A program made the position numbers and the translations under genes. Positions 1 to 9,454 of a DNA stretch of 64,000 bases are shown piece by piece. Position 1 is the stretch's first letter; each line of letters opens with the position of its first letter. The stretch comes from an uncultured bacterium. GTDB lineage: Bacteria; Babelota; Babeliae; Babelales; Vermiphilaceae. The notes beneath the pieces are model-generated. The model was not told the DNA's origin. It did not search any database and saw only the letters and a list, made by a program, of their open reading frames with translations. The stretch spans positions 672,001 through 736,000 of the forward strand of contig CAVSFC010000002.1 of assembly GCA_963727255.1 (NCBI GenBank), written 5' to 3'.

Positions 1-2
1 CA

Positions 3-269
3 GAGAAATTGCCTGCAGCATTAGATGAATCCAAGCCAAATTTTATAATCTATAATGCTGGTTCAGATATTTTTGAAGAAGATCCGCTTGGCAGAATGAA
101 AATTTCTGCTCAGGGGATTATCAAGCGCGATGAGCTTGTTTTTAAATTCGCACGTGAACGCAATATTCCAATTCTGATGGTGCTTTCTGGCGGCTACACA
201 AAAAAGAGTGCCGGCATCATTGGTAAATCAATTGAGAATATTCTTAAAAATGTGCTAAAAGTAAGCTAG
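3..269 (+). CDS. Histone deacetylase family protein (HDAC11-like), C-terminal part; 5' end outside window
   Basis: YNAGSD..EDPLG and VLSGGY motifs of the HDAC/AcuC superfamily C-terminus. Confidence 0.85.
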   Translation, partial: EKLPAALDESKPNFIIYNAGSDIFEEDPLGRMKISAQGIIKRDELVFKFARERNIPILMVLSGGYTKKSAGIIGKSIENILKNVLKVS

Positions 270-1801
270 AAGATCAAGTTCATCGTGAATAATGCGGTGG
301 TACTATTATATGCATTGCGCACATGGAACATTTGCTGCCATAAGAAGCCAAGAGCTAAATTTGGGGAAATATCATAGGTGAACGCAATGTTGCCCAATTG
401 CACGCGCCATACCGTGTTCGGGCATTTTGCTTGTGGGTTCTGATCATCAATTGCTAAAAATGCCGGATCATTATCAAGAATCGTTATGCAATCTTTGCGG
501 TGATGCACATACACCCATTGGAAATAGAATGAAAGCCGATCAAGAAAATGATATGCCGCAAGTTTTCCTGCAACATAAGCGCTGTCTCCAGGCTTCACAC
601 TCACGTTTGTTGCAAAAGGGAAAATACCACTTTGCATCACATTGGTTGCTAGGCGGAAATTAGTAAAATCTTTTTTGAAGAAGTGGCTATATCCAACTTC
701 TCCGCCCACTTCTACTGTTTCAGCAAAATCAAAATTCATACCGACGTTAAAGTTAACACTATTGCTTCCATTATTCCCAAAAGGCAATGAGAAAATTACC
801 GACGGCTCTTTTGGGTGACCCGTTGCGATACCACCGCCAAGCCGAAAGAATGGAATGAGTAATAATCGAGCCCAGCTCAAATCACGATTAAAATTGATAA
901 CATGCGCGTGCCGCCAATAGAGCGAAACGAACATATCTTCAAATCCCCATTTAGTAAAATTGCAAATGTTCATGCCCAGTTGTTTGGCCAGTGGAACAAG
1001 TTGTTCATAGAGATAACAATTAACGGCTGCAGCGGTGAATTGATTCCCTGCGCAAGCGACTCCAGTACTGCCAGCGGTGGTTAAATTAGTAAAACATGGA
1101 TTGAGAACTTGGCTAATTTCAACCACGCCACCCTGAAATTGTAGTCCGAAGTCACCGCAAATTTGTGCTTCTATATCCCAGCGTATTCCCCGTTTGCGAT
1201 ATTTGAGCGGAACTGATAGATACCCAAATCTCGGGTCGCAGGGATCATTAGTTGTAATATCGATTTGATTTGAAGTTACTTGGCCAGGAGGAGTTCCGGA
1301 GAATAATCCACCAAATGCGGTTGCATACAAGGGATCGCTTGCAAGATTAAATTCATTGGGAAATTGACCAGCGAGAAGACCCAATAGATTCCAGCGGCCA
1401 TCAATATCACCAAGCGGAATCGCATTTGAGCATAAGTTGCAGGTAGAGGGAACTACCGAGTTGCTGCAGATAATCTGATTGCATTGCCCAACACAGCTAT
1501 TGGTAATAAAATCAGGAATTTTGCAGTAAGTTCCAGAAAGAGTTTTTGCAGTTGTTGCATTTTGGCCGAATGGTGAGATTGAGATCATGATGCGTTCGGG
1601 GGTTCCCTTTTCATCTGGCATGCCAAACATCAATTGTTTTTCACGTTCGTATAAAAAATATTGCGGGTCAACAGAAGTATACATGGGATAGGGATCATTG
1701 CGTGCATTCGAGGCCCATGCGTGAAGCGTATCGGAGTAGAAACTAAGGGCAAAGATTGTAGTTATTAATAAGATCGGGCGATGCTTTTTTACTACCGACA
1801 T
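266..1801 (-). CDS. Exported Cys-rich hypothetical protein, possible outer-membrane beta-barrel
   Basis: 511 aa ORF, signal peptide (LHA|W), alternating hydrophobic/aromatic segments, C-terminal Phe. Confidence 0.55.
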   Translation of the reverse strand: MSVVKKHRPILLITTIFALSFYSDTLHAWASNARNDPYPMYTSVDPQYFLYEREKQLMFGMPDEKGTPERIMISISPFGQNATTAKTLSGTYCKIPDFITNSCVGQCNQIICSNSVVPSTCNLCSNAIPLGDIDGRWNLLGLLAGQFPNEFNLASDPLYATAFGGLFSGTPPGQVTSNQIDITTNDPCDPRFGYLSVPLKYRKRGIRWDIEAQICGDFGLQFQGGVVEISQVLNPCFTNLTTAGSTGVACAGNQFTAAAVNCYLYEQLVPLAKQLGMNICNFTKWGFEDMFVSLYWRHAHVINFNRDLSWARLLLIPFFRLGGGIATGHPKEPSVIFSLPFGNNGSNSVNFNVGMNFDFAETVEVGGEVGYSHFFKKDFTNFRLATNVMQSGIFPFATNVSVKPGDSAYVAGKLAAYHFLDRLSFYFQWVYVHHRKDCITILDNDPAFLAIDDQNPQAKCPNTVWRVQLGNIAFTYDISPNLALGFLWQQMFHVRNAYNSTTALFTMNLIF

Positions 1802-1927
1802 TTGCTATCCTTTTGTTTTTTTAATCTTATATGGATTAGGTATAGCACCTTTATTCTAAAGTCGTCAAATTTTGCAGTTGTGGCTTCGCGCCACGTATGT
1901 TAAATGATTAAGTTTTTTTTATGTTCT

Positions 1928-2352
1928 CGTTCGTTTCGAGCGAAGCCTTTAGGCTGAGTCGAGAAATGCAAATCTTTTTTAATAAAAGTTATTTTTAGTA
2001 ATAGTTTGCGCCTCCCGCGCAGGGGCAGGGTGCCAGTGCGGGCACCCTTGCATCCCCCGCACCAAGGCTTCGCCTTTGGAATCCTAACGGCGCTTATGCC
2101 GGCGACAGACAGCCGAAGGCTTTCTTGCCGCCTCTCCACACTCCTGCAGCAGCTCCGCTGCCTTAGTCGGTGTCGCGATCGCCTGAATTGGAATTAAACG
2201 TTTTATAGTAAGAACGCTAAGGACTTGGGGATTTTGCGTGGGCACGTTACCCCACGATTTTTTAATTGCTTCGCAATTTGCAAAATACGCGTAGGAACTT
2301 TTATCCTCAAGCATTTCTCGACTTAGCCTAAAGGCTTCGCTCGAAACGAACG
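1928..2352. repeat. 42-bp inverted REP-like pair (1928-1969 / 2311-2352) enclosing a GC-rich hairpin element
   Basis: cgttcgtttcgagcgaagcctttaggctgagtcgagaaatgc and its reverse complement, 1 mismatch. Confidence 0.9.
2006..2185 (-). repeat. GC-rich multi-hairpin dispersed repeat, copy 1
   Basis: 2006-2085 closely matches 11586-11668 (shared ggtgccagtgcgggcacc..tgcatccc..gcaccaagg). Confidence 0.8.
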
Positions 2353-2384
2353 GAAATTAAATAAGTATTTCCCATACTTGATCA

Positions 2385-2613
2385 TCGACGCGATTGGAGC
2401 GCGAAGCGCGAGGTCGTGAGTTGATCAAGGTTTAGGGATGGCAAAGGGAACCGTCCCTTTGCTGCAACTTTTGGGTTGCAAGGGGGTTTTTTGCATGAAA
2501 ACCCCCTTTGCCCACGCGTCCAGCCTTCGCATAAAGCTTCGGCGGACAGGCTGGGAAGCGCCAAACCAAAAAACTTGGATGAAAAAATCCCTGCCGCATG
2601 CGCCGCGCAGGCA
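2385..2613 (+). repeat. GC-rich multi-hairpin dispersed repeat, copy 2, with a nested mini-element at 2519-2550
   Basis: caaaggg-loop-ccctttg then gcaagggg-loop-cccctttgc hairpins; ends catgcgccgcgcagg like the other copies. Confidence 0.6.
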
Positions 2614-2721
2614 CAAGACTATTCAAATATATAAAGGTAACATTGTAAATAAGCATAAAAAATAAAAAACTGATATACTCTTATTAATTTGAATTTTATC
2701 CAAATAATTTTTTGCAAAATT

Positions 2722-2976
2722 ATGAACTACTGCTTATATTACCAAGCGCTTGTCGATAAAACATTTTGTTGGTACGTCGTAGCAATCTTAAAAAGCTACG
2801 AACATCTGGCTTTTGATCGCACTCTTGATACTCAAAAAAATCTTTTTGAATTTTACGTGCCCGAATCTCGGGAACAGGAATTTTTAAAATTGATGAGCTA
2901 TTTTGAAGCACTTCATTTAGTAAATAATCTACAAAAACTGCCCAATCGATTGGCCGATCCATCTCAAGAATTATAA
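2722..2976 (+). CDS. Small conserved hypothetical protein (DUF4911-like)
   Basis: ILKSYEHLAFDRTLD..FEFYVP pattern; ATG at 2722 preferred over TTG at 2689. Confidence 0.55.
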   Translation: MNYCLYYQALVDKTFCWYVVAILKSYEHLAFDRTLDTQKNLFEFYVPESREQEFLKLMSYFEALHLVNNLQKLPNRLADPSQEL

Positions 2977-3408
2977 GGTTTTATTTTGAGATTCTATTGT
3001 TTTTATAATATGCGACATGCAAGTGTGATATTCTTCAATGTCAGGAAGAATCTGACGCACTTGTTGAATATCATAACAATGAGAAGTAATATTTCGATCA
3101 TCAGCCATTCTTATTAAAATTTCGCCTTCAGCGATAGAGCATATTCTAAGACTTACACAAGCTCGAAAAACTGATTTGGGGCTTTTTATCTCATCAGGGT
3201 TCATTTCAATAACATTTTCTAAAAAAAGCTTCAAGAATTTCCAAAAACTATCATAGGAGTATTCGAAGCGTTGGATTATTGAATCTTGTGCTGCGAGAAT
3301 AAATTCTGGGCGATTTTCTTTTTCTGCTTGTTGGGCAACAGCAAAAGCCTCATGTAAAGTTTTTAATGCTCGTTTTACTAGATCATGCGATTTTTTTAGT
3401 TTTTCCAT
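2971..3408 (-). CDS. HEPN-domain toxin / nucleotidyltransferase substrate-binding protein (HI0074 family)
   Basis: IQRFEYSY..WK and RNITSHCY (RX4HXY) motifs; overlaps the upstream MNT gene. Confidence 0.88.
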   Translation of the reverse strand: MEKLKKSHDLVKRALKTLHEAFAVAQQAEKENRPEFILAAQDSIIQRFEYSYDSFWKFLKLFLENVIEMNPDEIKSPKSVFRACVSLRICSIAEGEILIRMADDRNITSHCYDIQQVRQILPDIEEYHTCMSHIIKTIESQNKTL

Positions 3409-3698
3409 ACGATCCCTTTTTTAAGAATCACCTCTTTAAAGCTTTTTTCAATGCTGTTTAAATCAACAATATCAACATTAAGCGGGATAGTAAGATTTTC
3501 CATTGTATTTTGCATGCGAACTATTTCTCGTGGGTGTATTGGTTTGCCATCATTATCGATTGCAATATCAATATCAGATTCTTCTTTTGCCTTTCCCCAT
3601 GCGCGCGAGCCAAATAATATGATTTTGGCATTAGGAAAATGATATTCTACTGCATGAATCACTTCTTTTTTATATTTCGGATTTATTTGTTCAGTCAT
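3396..3698 (-). CDS. Minimal nucleotidyltransferase (MNT) antitoxin
   Basis: LFGSRAWG..SDIDIAID (GSX10DXD), 100 aa, paired with HEPN. Confidence 0.88.
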   Translation of the reverse strand: MTEQINPKYKKEVIHAVEYHFPNAKIILFGSRAWGKAKEESDIDIAIDNDGKPIHPREIVRMQNTMENLTIPLNVDIVDLNSIEKSFKEVILKKGIVWKN

Positions 3699-3812
3699 GA
3701 TTTATCCTTTATATTATTAAAACAATGTTACCGAACATAAAAAAATAGACTAGTCTGCAGCACCAATCTTAAAAGTATTTTAAACAGCAAGAGATTAAAT
3801 CATCAGTTTACT

Positions 3813-4184
3813 ATGAACAAAAAAATTTCCGTCTCAACCCGATTCCATTCATGGGCTGAAAATGATTTTTCATTATCGCTCGATCTTAATGAGCTGGTGA
3901 TTAAACATCCGGCTGCTACTTTTTTTATGCGCGTAAAAGGGGATGGGATGCTCGATGCAGGAATTTCATCTGATGATATTTTGGTGGTTGATCGTGCGCT
4001 TTCAATGTCTAATCATAAAATTATTGTCGCGCGATTGGATGGGGAGCTGGTGGTGCGGCGCGTGCTTTTGGCAAATGGCTGTTTAATGCTCGTTGATAGC
4101 AAAAATAGCGAACCATTGGTGGTAAACGCAGAACGAGATTTTGAGGTGTGGGGTGTTGTTACCTATATTATCCGGCAAACCTAA
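3813..4184 (+). CDS. umuD: UmuD-like S24-family protein with degenerate catalytic site
   Basis: [42 protein letters not shown]; directly upstream of umuC. Confidence 0.85.
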   Translation: MNKKISVSTRFHSWAENDFSLSLDLNELVIKHPAATFFMRVKGDGMLDAGISSDDILVVDRALSMSNHKIIVARLDGELVVRRVLLANGCLMLVDSKNSEPLVVNAERDFEVWGVVTYIIRQT

Positions 4185-5460
4185 ACGGATTGTGCTGGTT
4201 GATTGCAATAATTTCTTTGTATCATGCGAGCGGGTGTTTGATCCGACTTTAATCGGCAAACCGGTAGTGGTGCTTTCGAGTAATGATGGCTGCGTGGTTG
4301 CACGTTCAAATGAAGCCAAAGCGCTCGATATTCCCATGGGTGCGCCTGCCTTTCAATATGTTGATCTTTTTAAAAAGCATAGTGTGATACTTTTTTCATC
4401 AAACTTTTCATTATATGGCGATATGTCATCGCGCGTGATGCAGATTGTGGCGCAAGAAGCGACTGAGATTGAAGTATACTCGGTTGATGAAGCTTTTTTG
4501 CATATTGTAGACTTTGGCCATGAGCACGATGCTGCTTATTATGCGGCACGCGCTCAACTCATGATTCGCAAAGTTAAACAATATACCGGTATTCCCATTT
4601 CAGTAGGAATTGGGCCGACCAAAACACTTGCAAAGATTGCTAACAAAATTGCAAAAAAAAATCCTCAGTTTGGCGGATGCTTCGATATCACCGATCATCC
4701 GGATAGTGATGCATGGCTTGAAAAAATTCCGGTCGGTGATGTCTGGGGCGTTGGTCGGCGCTATGCAAAAATGTTGCTTGGGCACACTATTACCACGGCG
4801 CGTGATTTAAAATATGCGCCCGATGCATGGGTGAGAAAAAAGATGACAATTAACGGTTTGCGCATGGTGCATGAATTGCGCGGCATTCCTTGCTATAAAG
4901 TTGATGAAGAGGTTGAGCCCAATCAGAGTATTACCGTATCGCGCTCATTTGGTAAACCGGTCACTACGTTGCACCATTTGCAGGAGGCTGCCTCTACGCA
5001 TGCGGCATCGGGTGCACGCAAATTACGCCAGCAAGGCTTAATCGCCGGGCATGTAACGGTATTTGTAATGATCAGATATTATCAGGATGATCAGCGCTAT
5101 TTTGATAGTGCCAGCATAAATCTGCCCGTTGCAAGCTCCTATTCGCCCAGCATTATTAGTGCTGCTAAAAAGTGCGTAAAACAGCTCTATAAACCAGGGG
5201 CAATCTATAAAAAGGTTGGCATCATCCTGAATGATCTGGTTGACCAAACCTGCATGCAAATGAACCTCTATGAGCCGGGCAGGGATACTGCTAAGCAATC
5301 CGGGGCTATGGCTGCTTTTGACCGGGTTACCACCAAATGGGGGACTGATAAGCTTACCTTTGCCGCTACTGGAGTAGACCATCCCTGGCAGGTTAAAAAA
5401 GAGAAGAAATCACCCTGTTTTACCACCAGTTGGCATGAATTGCCTACCGTTAAGAGTTAA
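4153..5460 (+). CDS. umuC: Y-family error-prone DNA polymerase V catalytic subunit
   Basis: [23 protein letters not shown] motifs and C-terminal SP.FTT.W.ELP; start uncertain (TTG 4141 or GTG 4153 after GAGGT). Confidence 0.92.
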   Translation: MLLPILSGKPKRIVLVDCNNFFVSCERVFDPTLIGKPVVVLSSNDGCVVARSNEAKALDIPMGAPAFQYVDLFKKHSVILFSSNFSLYGDMSSRVMQIVAQEATEIEVYSVDEAFLHIVDFGHEHDAAYYAARAQLMIRKVKQYTGIPISVGIGPTKTLAKIANKIAKKNPQFGGCFDITDHPDSDAWLEKIPVGDVWGVGRRYAKMLLGHTITTARDLKYAPDAWVRKKMTINGLRMVHELRGIPCYKVDEEVEPNQSITVSRSFGKPVTTLHHLQEAASTHAASGARKLRQQGLIAGHVTVFVMIRYYQDDQRYFDSASINLPVASSYSPSIISAAKKCVKQLYKPGAIYKKVGIILNDLVDQTCMQMNLYEPGRDTAKQSGAMAAFDRVTTKWGTDKLTFAATGVDHPWQVKKEKKSPCFTTSWHELPTVKS

Positions 5461-5495
5461 TCTTTTCATGTAGAAATTATTACAAATAGAAATAA

Positions 5496-5523
5496 TTGAC
5501 ATGGTTGTTACAGGTGGTAAAAT
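5496..5523 (+). promoter_or_regulatory. Putative sigma70 promoter for the exported-protein cluster
   Basis: TTGACA (5496) N16 TAAAAT (5518), with TG at the extended -10 position. Confidence 0.5.
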
Positions 5524-5575
5524 TAAAGAGAATGATTATAATTTGTTCATTAGAAATCAAATTTTAAGGGATAAG

Positions 5576-6112
5576 ATGAAAAAGTTAATGGCAATAATTG
5601 TATTATCTGCGATAGCAATGAATGTGTATGCGATGGGCAATCATTATGCAGCATATGATTATAGGGTTGAACTTGCTAAGCAGGATGTTGCGTTGGCCAA
5701 ATCTTTCGTTTATCCGATCGCCGCAATTTTCGCAGTTGGAATTGGAGGTTATTTTGTTTCGCATGTGTGGGAAAACTATTGTATATATTTAGAAAAACAT
5801 TCTAAAAATGTAGTTGCTTCCAATAATGGATCCTATGCATCAAGCTGGGCTCCGTATTTAAAAATTGGAGCAGGATTAGGCTTTGCAGCAATCTCAGCCT
5901 ATTTGGGATTAAAAGGAAATCATAATCAACCTATTGCTTATACCCATAAAAATGATGGGGGATTAACCATATTATCTCCAACATTAATTATAGCTAATGG
6001 TTCATCTTCTTTGGCTCCGCTTATTCCAGCTTTATTTTTCATAAAAAGTGGTTTTGAAGATTTAAGATTAGAAAAAAAGGCGCTGTTAAAATATCAAAGT
6101 AAAAAAAGTTAA
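5576..6112 (+). CDS. Exported/membrane hypothetical protein
   Basis: Signal peptide MKKLMAIIVLSAIAMNVYA|M from ATG 5576; further hydrophobic helices. Confidence 0.7.
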   Translation: MKKLMAIIVLSAIAMNVYAMGNHYAAYDYRVELAKQDVALAKSFVYPIAAIFAVGIGGYFVSHVWENYCIYLEKHSKNVVASNNGSYASSWAPYLKIGAGLGFAAISAYLGLKGNHNQPIAYTHKNDGGLTILSPTLIIANGSSSLAPLIPALFFIKSGFEDLRLEKKALLKYQSKKS

Positions 6113-6146
6113 TAAAAATAATTAATAAGGAAATGGAGGTTTTATA

Positions 6147-7481
6147 ATGAATTCTACTAAAATGCTGCTTCTGTCGATTTTCATATCTGGAATGCTGGCA
6201 ATCTCTGCACTATCTGCAATGCAAATTACTGATGTTACCGGTAAACAAATTACTCTTACACAAGAGCAGCAGGATGCCTTTATGCGATGCGGCATTAAAC
6301 ATGCTGTTTCAAATTATGCAGGTGAACATAGTTATGAAGGCTTAGAGCTTCCATTTATGACCGCTGGCAATCTTGAAAACTTATTACAGCTGATTAATGA
6401 TACCAAACATCTTGAAACAATCAATGATGATACATCTATTGAGCTTTTTAAATTGGCAGATTATTTGCAAGCGCCGAAGGAAATCTTGGTGCAATTGGCA
6501 AAACGGATTTGCGAACCCATTACGAAATATTATAACCAGCTGCAAGAAAAATTGAAAAATAATCCACGTTTAAAAAAGTTGCAGCAGGCAGTTTTGGATT
6601 ATGCTTTATTGAAAGAAACAATTGAATTGTCTTTACCGATCTATCCAAGTTTTGCTTCATTTCTGAAGCATTTTCCAAAAGTAGGCAATACTCAAGAGCC
6701 TGATTTTATTAACAAAGGATTACTCAAACTTACCTTTCTAGCGCGAGCTGTCTTTGGAGAAGAATACAATTTAGATCTCTCTTTCAACAAAACAGATGAA
6801 ATACTCAAAACTAAAAAATCTATCGTATCTTTAGAGGGAATAGAGAAACTCGGTGAATATCCTTGGGCAAAGAAAGTGCGATTACTTGATCTGAGTGGGC
6901 ATAAAATTGAATCGGGAAGTGTAAAAAAACTTAAAAGTACTTTCCCGTCTCTCAAATTTATTATTTTGAAAAATAATGAAATTAAACAAATCGAAGATTT
7001 AATAGATGAGAATATAGAAGAGATCAGATTAGAAGGAAATCCAATACAAAAGATCTCTATCCGCAATCCTGAGCAATTTAACAAGACGAGAATTATTACT
7101 GATAATTTAAAAGAGGCTCCTCTCTTTAAGCAAAATCTCAAACAAAGAATTGCTGCTTGGGGACAATCTTTGATTGCAAAGAGTAAAGTAGCAATAAAAA
7201 CATCGCCTTATGCGCTGACCTCCCTGGGACTCTGTTTTTATGTGGGAGTGTTTGGCGGCGCCAGTAACATTGCTAAAAATACTTATTACTATCTTGGATA
7301 TGGGTGCTCGATATTGGCAGGGCTCTATCTGTGGGAGGAGGTAATGTCAGCGGAAATGCAGAACCTTAGGTCGAACGATCCGTACAGAATTCAGATTAAA
7401 TCAAAAAAATCTCAAGAAAATACTGAGAAAGTATGGGAATATCCATCACCGTATACGTATAACTTATTTGGCAAAAATTAA
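6147..7481 (+). CDS. Exported protein with BTB/Skp1-like N-terminal region and leucine-rich repeats
   Basis: Signal peptide; IELFKLADYLQ motif; LRR-like LLDLSGHKI, IILKNNEI, IRLEGNPI; C-terminal hydrophobic segments. Confidence 0.6.
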   Translation: MNSTKMLLLSIFISGMLAISALSAMQITDVTGKQITLTQEQQDAFMRCGIKHAVSNYAGEHSYEGLELPFMTAGNLENLLQLINDTKHLETINDDTSIELFKLADYLQAPKEILVQLAKRICEPITKYYNQLQEKLKNNPRLKKLQQAVLDYALLKETIELSLPIYPSFASFLKHFPKVGNTQEPDFINKGLLKLTFLARAVFGEEYNLDLSFNKTDEILKTKKSIVSLEGIEKLGEYPWAKKVRLLDLSGHKIESGSVKKLKSTFPSLKFIILKNNEIKQIEDLIDENIEEIRLEGNPIQKISIRNPEQFNKTRIITDNLKEAPLFKQNLKQRIAAWGQSLIAKSKVAIKTSPYALTSLGLCFYVGVFGGASNIAKNTYYYLGYGCSILAGLYLWEEVMSAEMQNLRSNDPYRIQIKSKKSQENTEKVWEYPSPYTYNLFGKN

Positions 7482-7514
7482 TTTAAATTAAATGGGGAAA
7501 TGGAGGTTTTACTC

Positions 7515-8192
7515 ATGAAATTAGTCAATAAATCAAAGATACTAACGCTTGGTTTTTTAACCATGCTTACATTCTCGAATACCGTTGAAGGCATGGCATG
7601 GGCCCGCTCATGGTTGCCAAGTTTTACAACTCAAAAAGCAGCAACGCAGGAGCAAATTAATACTGCTAAATCATGTCCAATTTGTTTGGAAGATTTTAAA
7701 GAAAATGAATCGTTAACAACTCTTAATTGTGATGAAAATGTGCCTCATATTTTTCATAAAGAATGTTTGGACAGCTCAATTAATGCTGGTGATGAAAAAT
7801 GCCCGATATGCCGCAAGACACTCCCGATGACATCAAGAGTGATAAAAAATATTATTAAAAAGTATAATCCGGTAACCAGTGAAAATTTAAAAGTATTTAG
7901 TATACACGTTGCCACAGGAACTGCTTTTCTTTGTGCGCAAAAATCCTATTGTATGTTAATGCAACAGCCAAAATATTTTGAATTTAATGTTAGGAATGTA
8001 ATACATTATTCTTCAGTCGCTTTTTTATTTTCAAAACTTGCGCATCGATTACATCTTTCACCCCACCAAGCGGCATTGTTAGGGACAATTGGCGCACGGT
8101 TAGTTATCATGCCATTTTTGCAAATGACAGATAACAATGGACAAACCTATACCACACTTGCGGCACAATGGCTTACTCGCTTGAGATCATAA
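7515..8192 (+). CDS. Exported RING-H2 finger protein (putative E3 ubiquitin ligase effector)
   Basis: CPICLEDF..LNC..PHIFHKECL..CPICR (C3H2C3); GGAGG RBS before ATG 7515; signal peptide. Confidence 0.85.
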   Translation: MKLVNKSKILTLGFLTMLTFSNTVEGMAWARSWLPSFTTQKAATQEQINTAKSCPICLEDFKENESLTTLNCDENVPHIFHKECLDSSINAGDEKCPICRKTLPMTSRVIKNIIKKYNPVTSENLKVFSIHVATGTAFLCAQKSYCMLMQQPKYFEFNVRNVIHYSSVAFLFSKLAHRLHLSPHQAALLGTIGARLVIMPFLQMTDNNGQTYTTLAAQWLTRLRS

Positions 8193-8252
8193 AAAACGAG
8201 AAAATCTTGTGAAAATATTCAATATAAAGAAATTAATTTAGATCGGATAAAC

Positions 8253-9227
8253 ATGACTAAAAAAATTATACTATTGTTCATCCTCATATCAATTATCTTT
8301 GCAGGCAAACATTCTTCAGCGATGTTGCCGAAGCAAAATTCTGGCTTTACGACAAAAGAATTAAGAAAGAAATTAGGAAAAACGATTGGTTTTCTAGTTC
8401 CAAGTGCACGGTTTTTTTATGAAGGATTGTTAGATCTTCATGACGTTTATTCAAAAGATCATTCTTGGAATGAACTCACTACAATTGAAACTGGTTGCTC
8501 GATGAATGATGATTATATGAGAATATTCAAAGAAGTTGGTGCTGCTATGCATGTATCACCTGAAACAAAAATAGGATACAGTAGTCATCTCGCTTTCTGG
8601 GGCTCTCCTGCATCTGCGGGGCATAAGACTTTGTGTCTTTCACCTTCTTCTAGAGTATTTGATTTTTTTTCTCCTGATGAACATAAATTTATTATTGGAC
8701 ATGAATGCAGCCACATAAATCATAATGACATGCATGTTAAGGGGTTACTGAACATAAGTATTCCTTTTATTTCTTATGGCTTAATGCGGACTTATGAATA
8801 TTTTTCAAGTAAATTCATTAAATTTATTCAGAATAAATATACAAAAGATTATGAAAGCGCAAGTGAAATGCTCTGGAGGCTCAAACGGCTTAATAAAATC
8901 ATAAGCCGATCATGGGTTGCCCATTATGCTTTAAATGTATGTTTGAATAATACAATTTCAAAATATATTGAGTCTCGCGCTGATTATGAAGCTGCCCAAA
9001 TGCTCAATAATCCTGAAGCCGGCATATCATTCTTTAATAAGCTAAAAACACCCGGTTTTGTTGAGCTGGTATCCAATGAAAGAAATGAAGCTTCCAATAA
9101 AATAAAGCAAACAATTTTTGAAAAAGCGTATTTGTCTTGCAAAAATTTTGATCGTTATATTACAGATGAACATCCACCAGTTAATGATCGTATCAAGGCA
9201 TTAGCAGCTTTACTTCCAAAGAAGTGA
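8253..9227 (+). CDS. Exported M48-family zinc metalloprotease
   Basis: GHECSH (HExxH), ESRAD and HPP..RI motifs; signal peptide. Confidence 0.82.
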   Translation: MTKKIILLFILISIIFAGKHSSAMLPKQNSGFTTKELRKKLGKTIGFLVPSARFFYEGLLDLHDVYSKDHSWNELTTIETGCSMNDDYMRIFKEVGAAMHVSPETKIGYSSHLAFWGSPASAGHKTLCLSPSSRVFDFFSPDEHKFIIGHECSHINHNDMHVKGLLNISIPFISYGLMRTYEYFSSKFIKFIQNKYTKDYESASEMLWRLKRLNKIISRSWVAHYALNVCLNNTISKYIESRADYEAAQMLNNPEAGISFFNKLKTPGFVELVSNERNEASNKIKQTIFEKAYLSCKNFDRYITDEHPPVNDRIKALAALLPKK

Positions 9228-9235
9228 TCAAACAT

Positions 9236-9332
9236 CTATAATAATTTCTCGATGCACTGGCGCGCTTCTGGTGTGCCAAGCATAGTGATCAGCTCATGAA
9301 TTTCCGGACCATGTTCTTTGCCCATCAATGCC
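9236..9332 (-). repeat. Duplicated 3' end of gltX with its own stop codon
   Basis: 9243-9332 matches 10049-10138 with 5 mismatches in 90 bp; reads ALMGKEHGPEIHELITMLGTPEARQCIEKLL*. Confidence 0.95.
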
Positions 9333-9401
9333 TATGCAGGCATTATACTATAAAAGCTAAGCCCAAGATTACTGTGCAATAAAGATAAATGGCCCAAAAG
9401 C

Positions 9402-9430
9402 TTGACCCTGGTGCCACAAGATGGCACCAT
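9402..9430 (+). promoter_or_regulatory. hicAB promoter with palindromic operator
   Basis: TTGACC at 9402 followed by perfect inverted repeat TGGTGCCA-N5-TGGCACCA (9409-9429). Confidence 0.6.
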
Positions 9431-9454
9431 GTTATAAAGCATGTGGAGAATAAG

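Noticed and set aside
1900..2665. Short overlapping ORFs here and at 11539-11904, 21856-22119 and 22156-22401
   Set aside because: They arise from GC-rich palindromic repeats or tRNA antisense strands and have no recognisable domains or RBS
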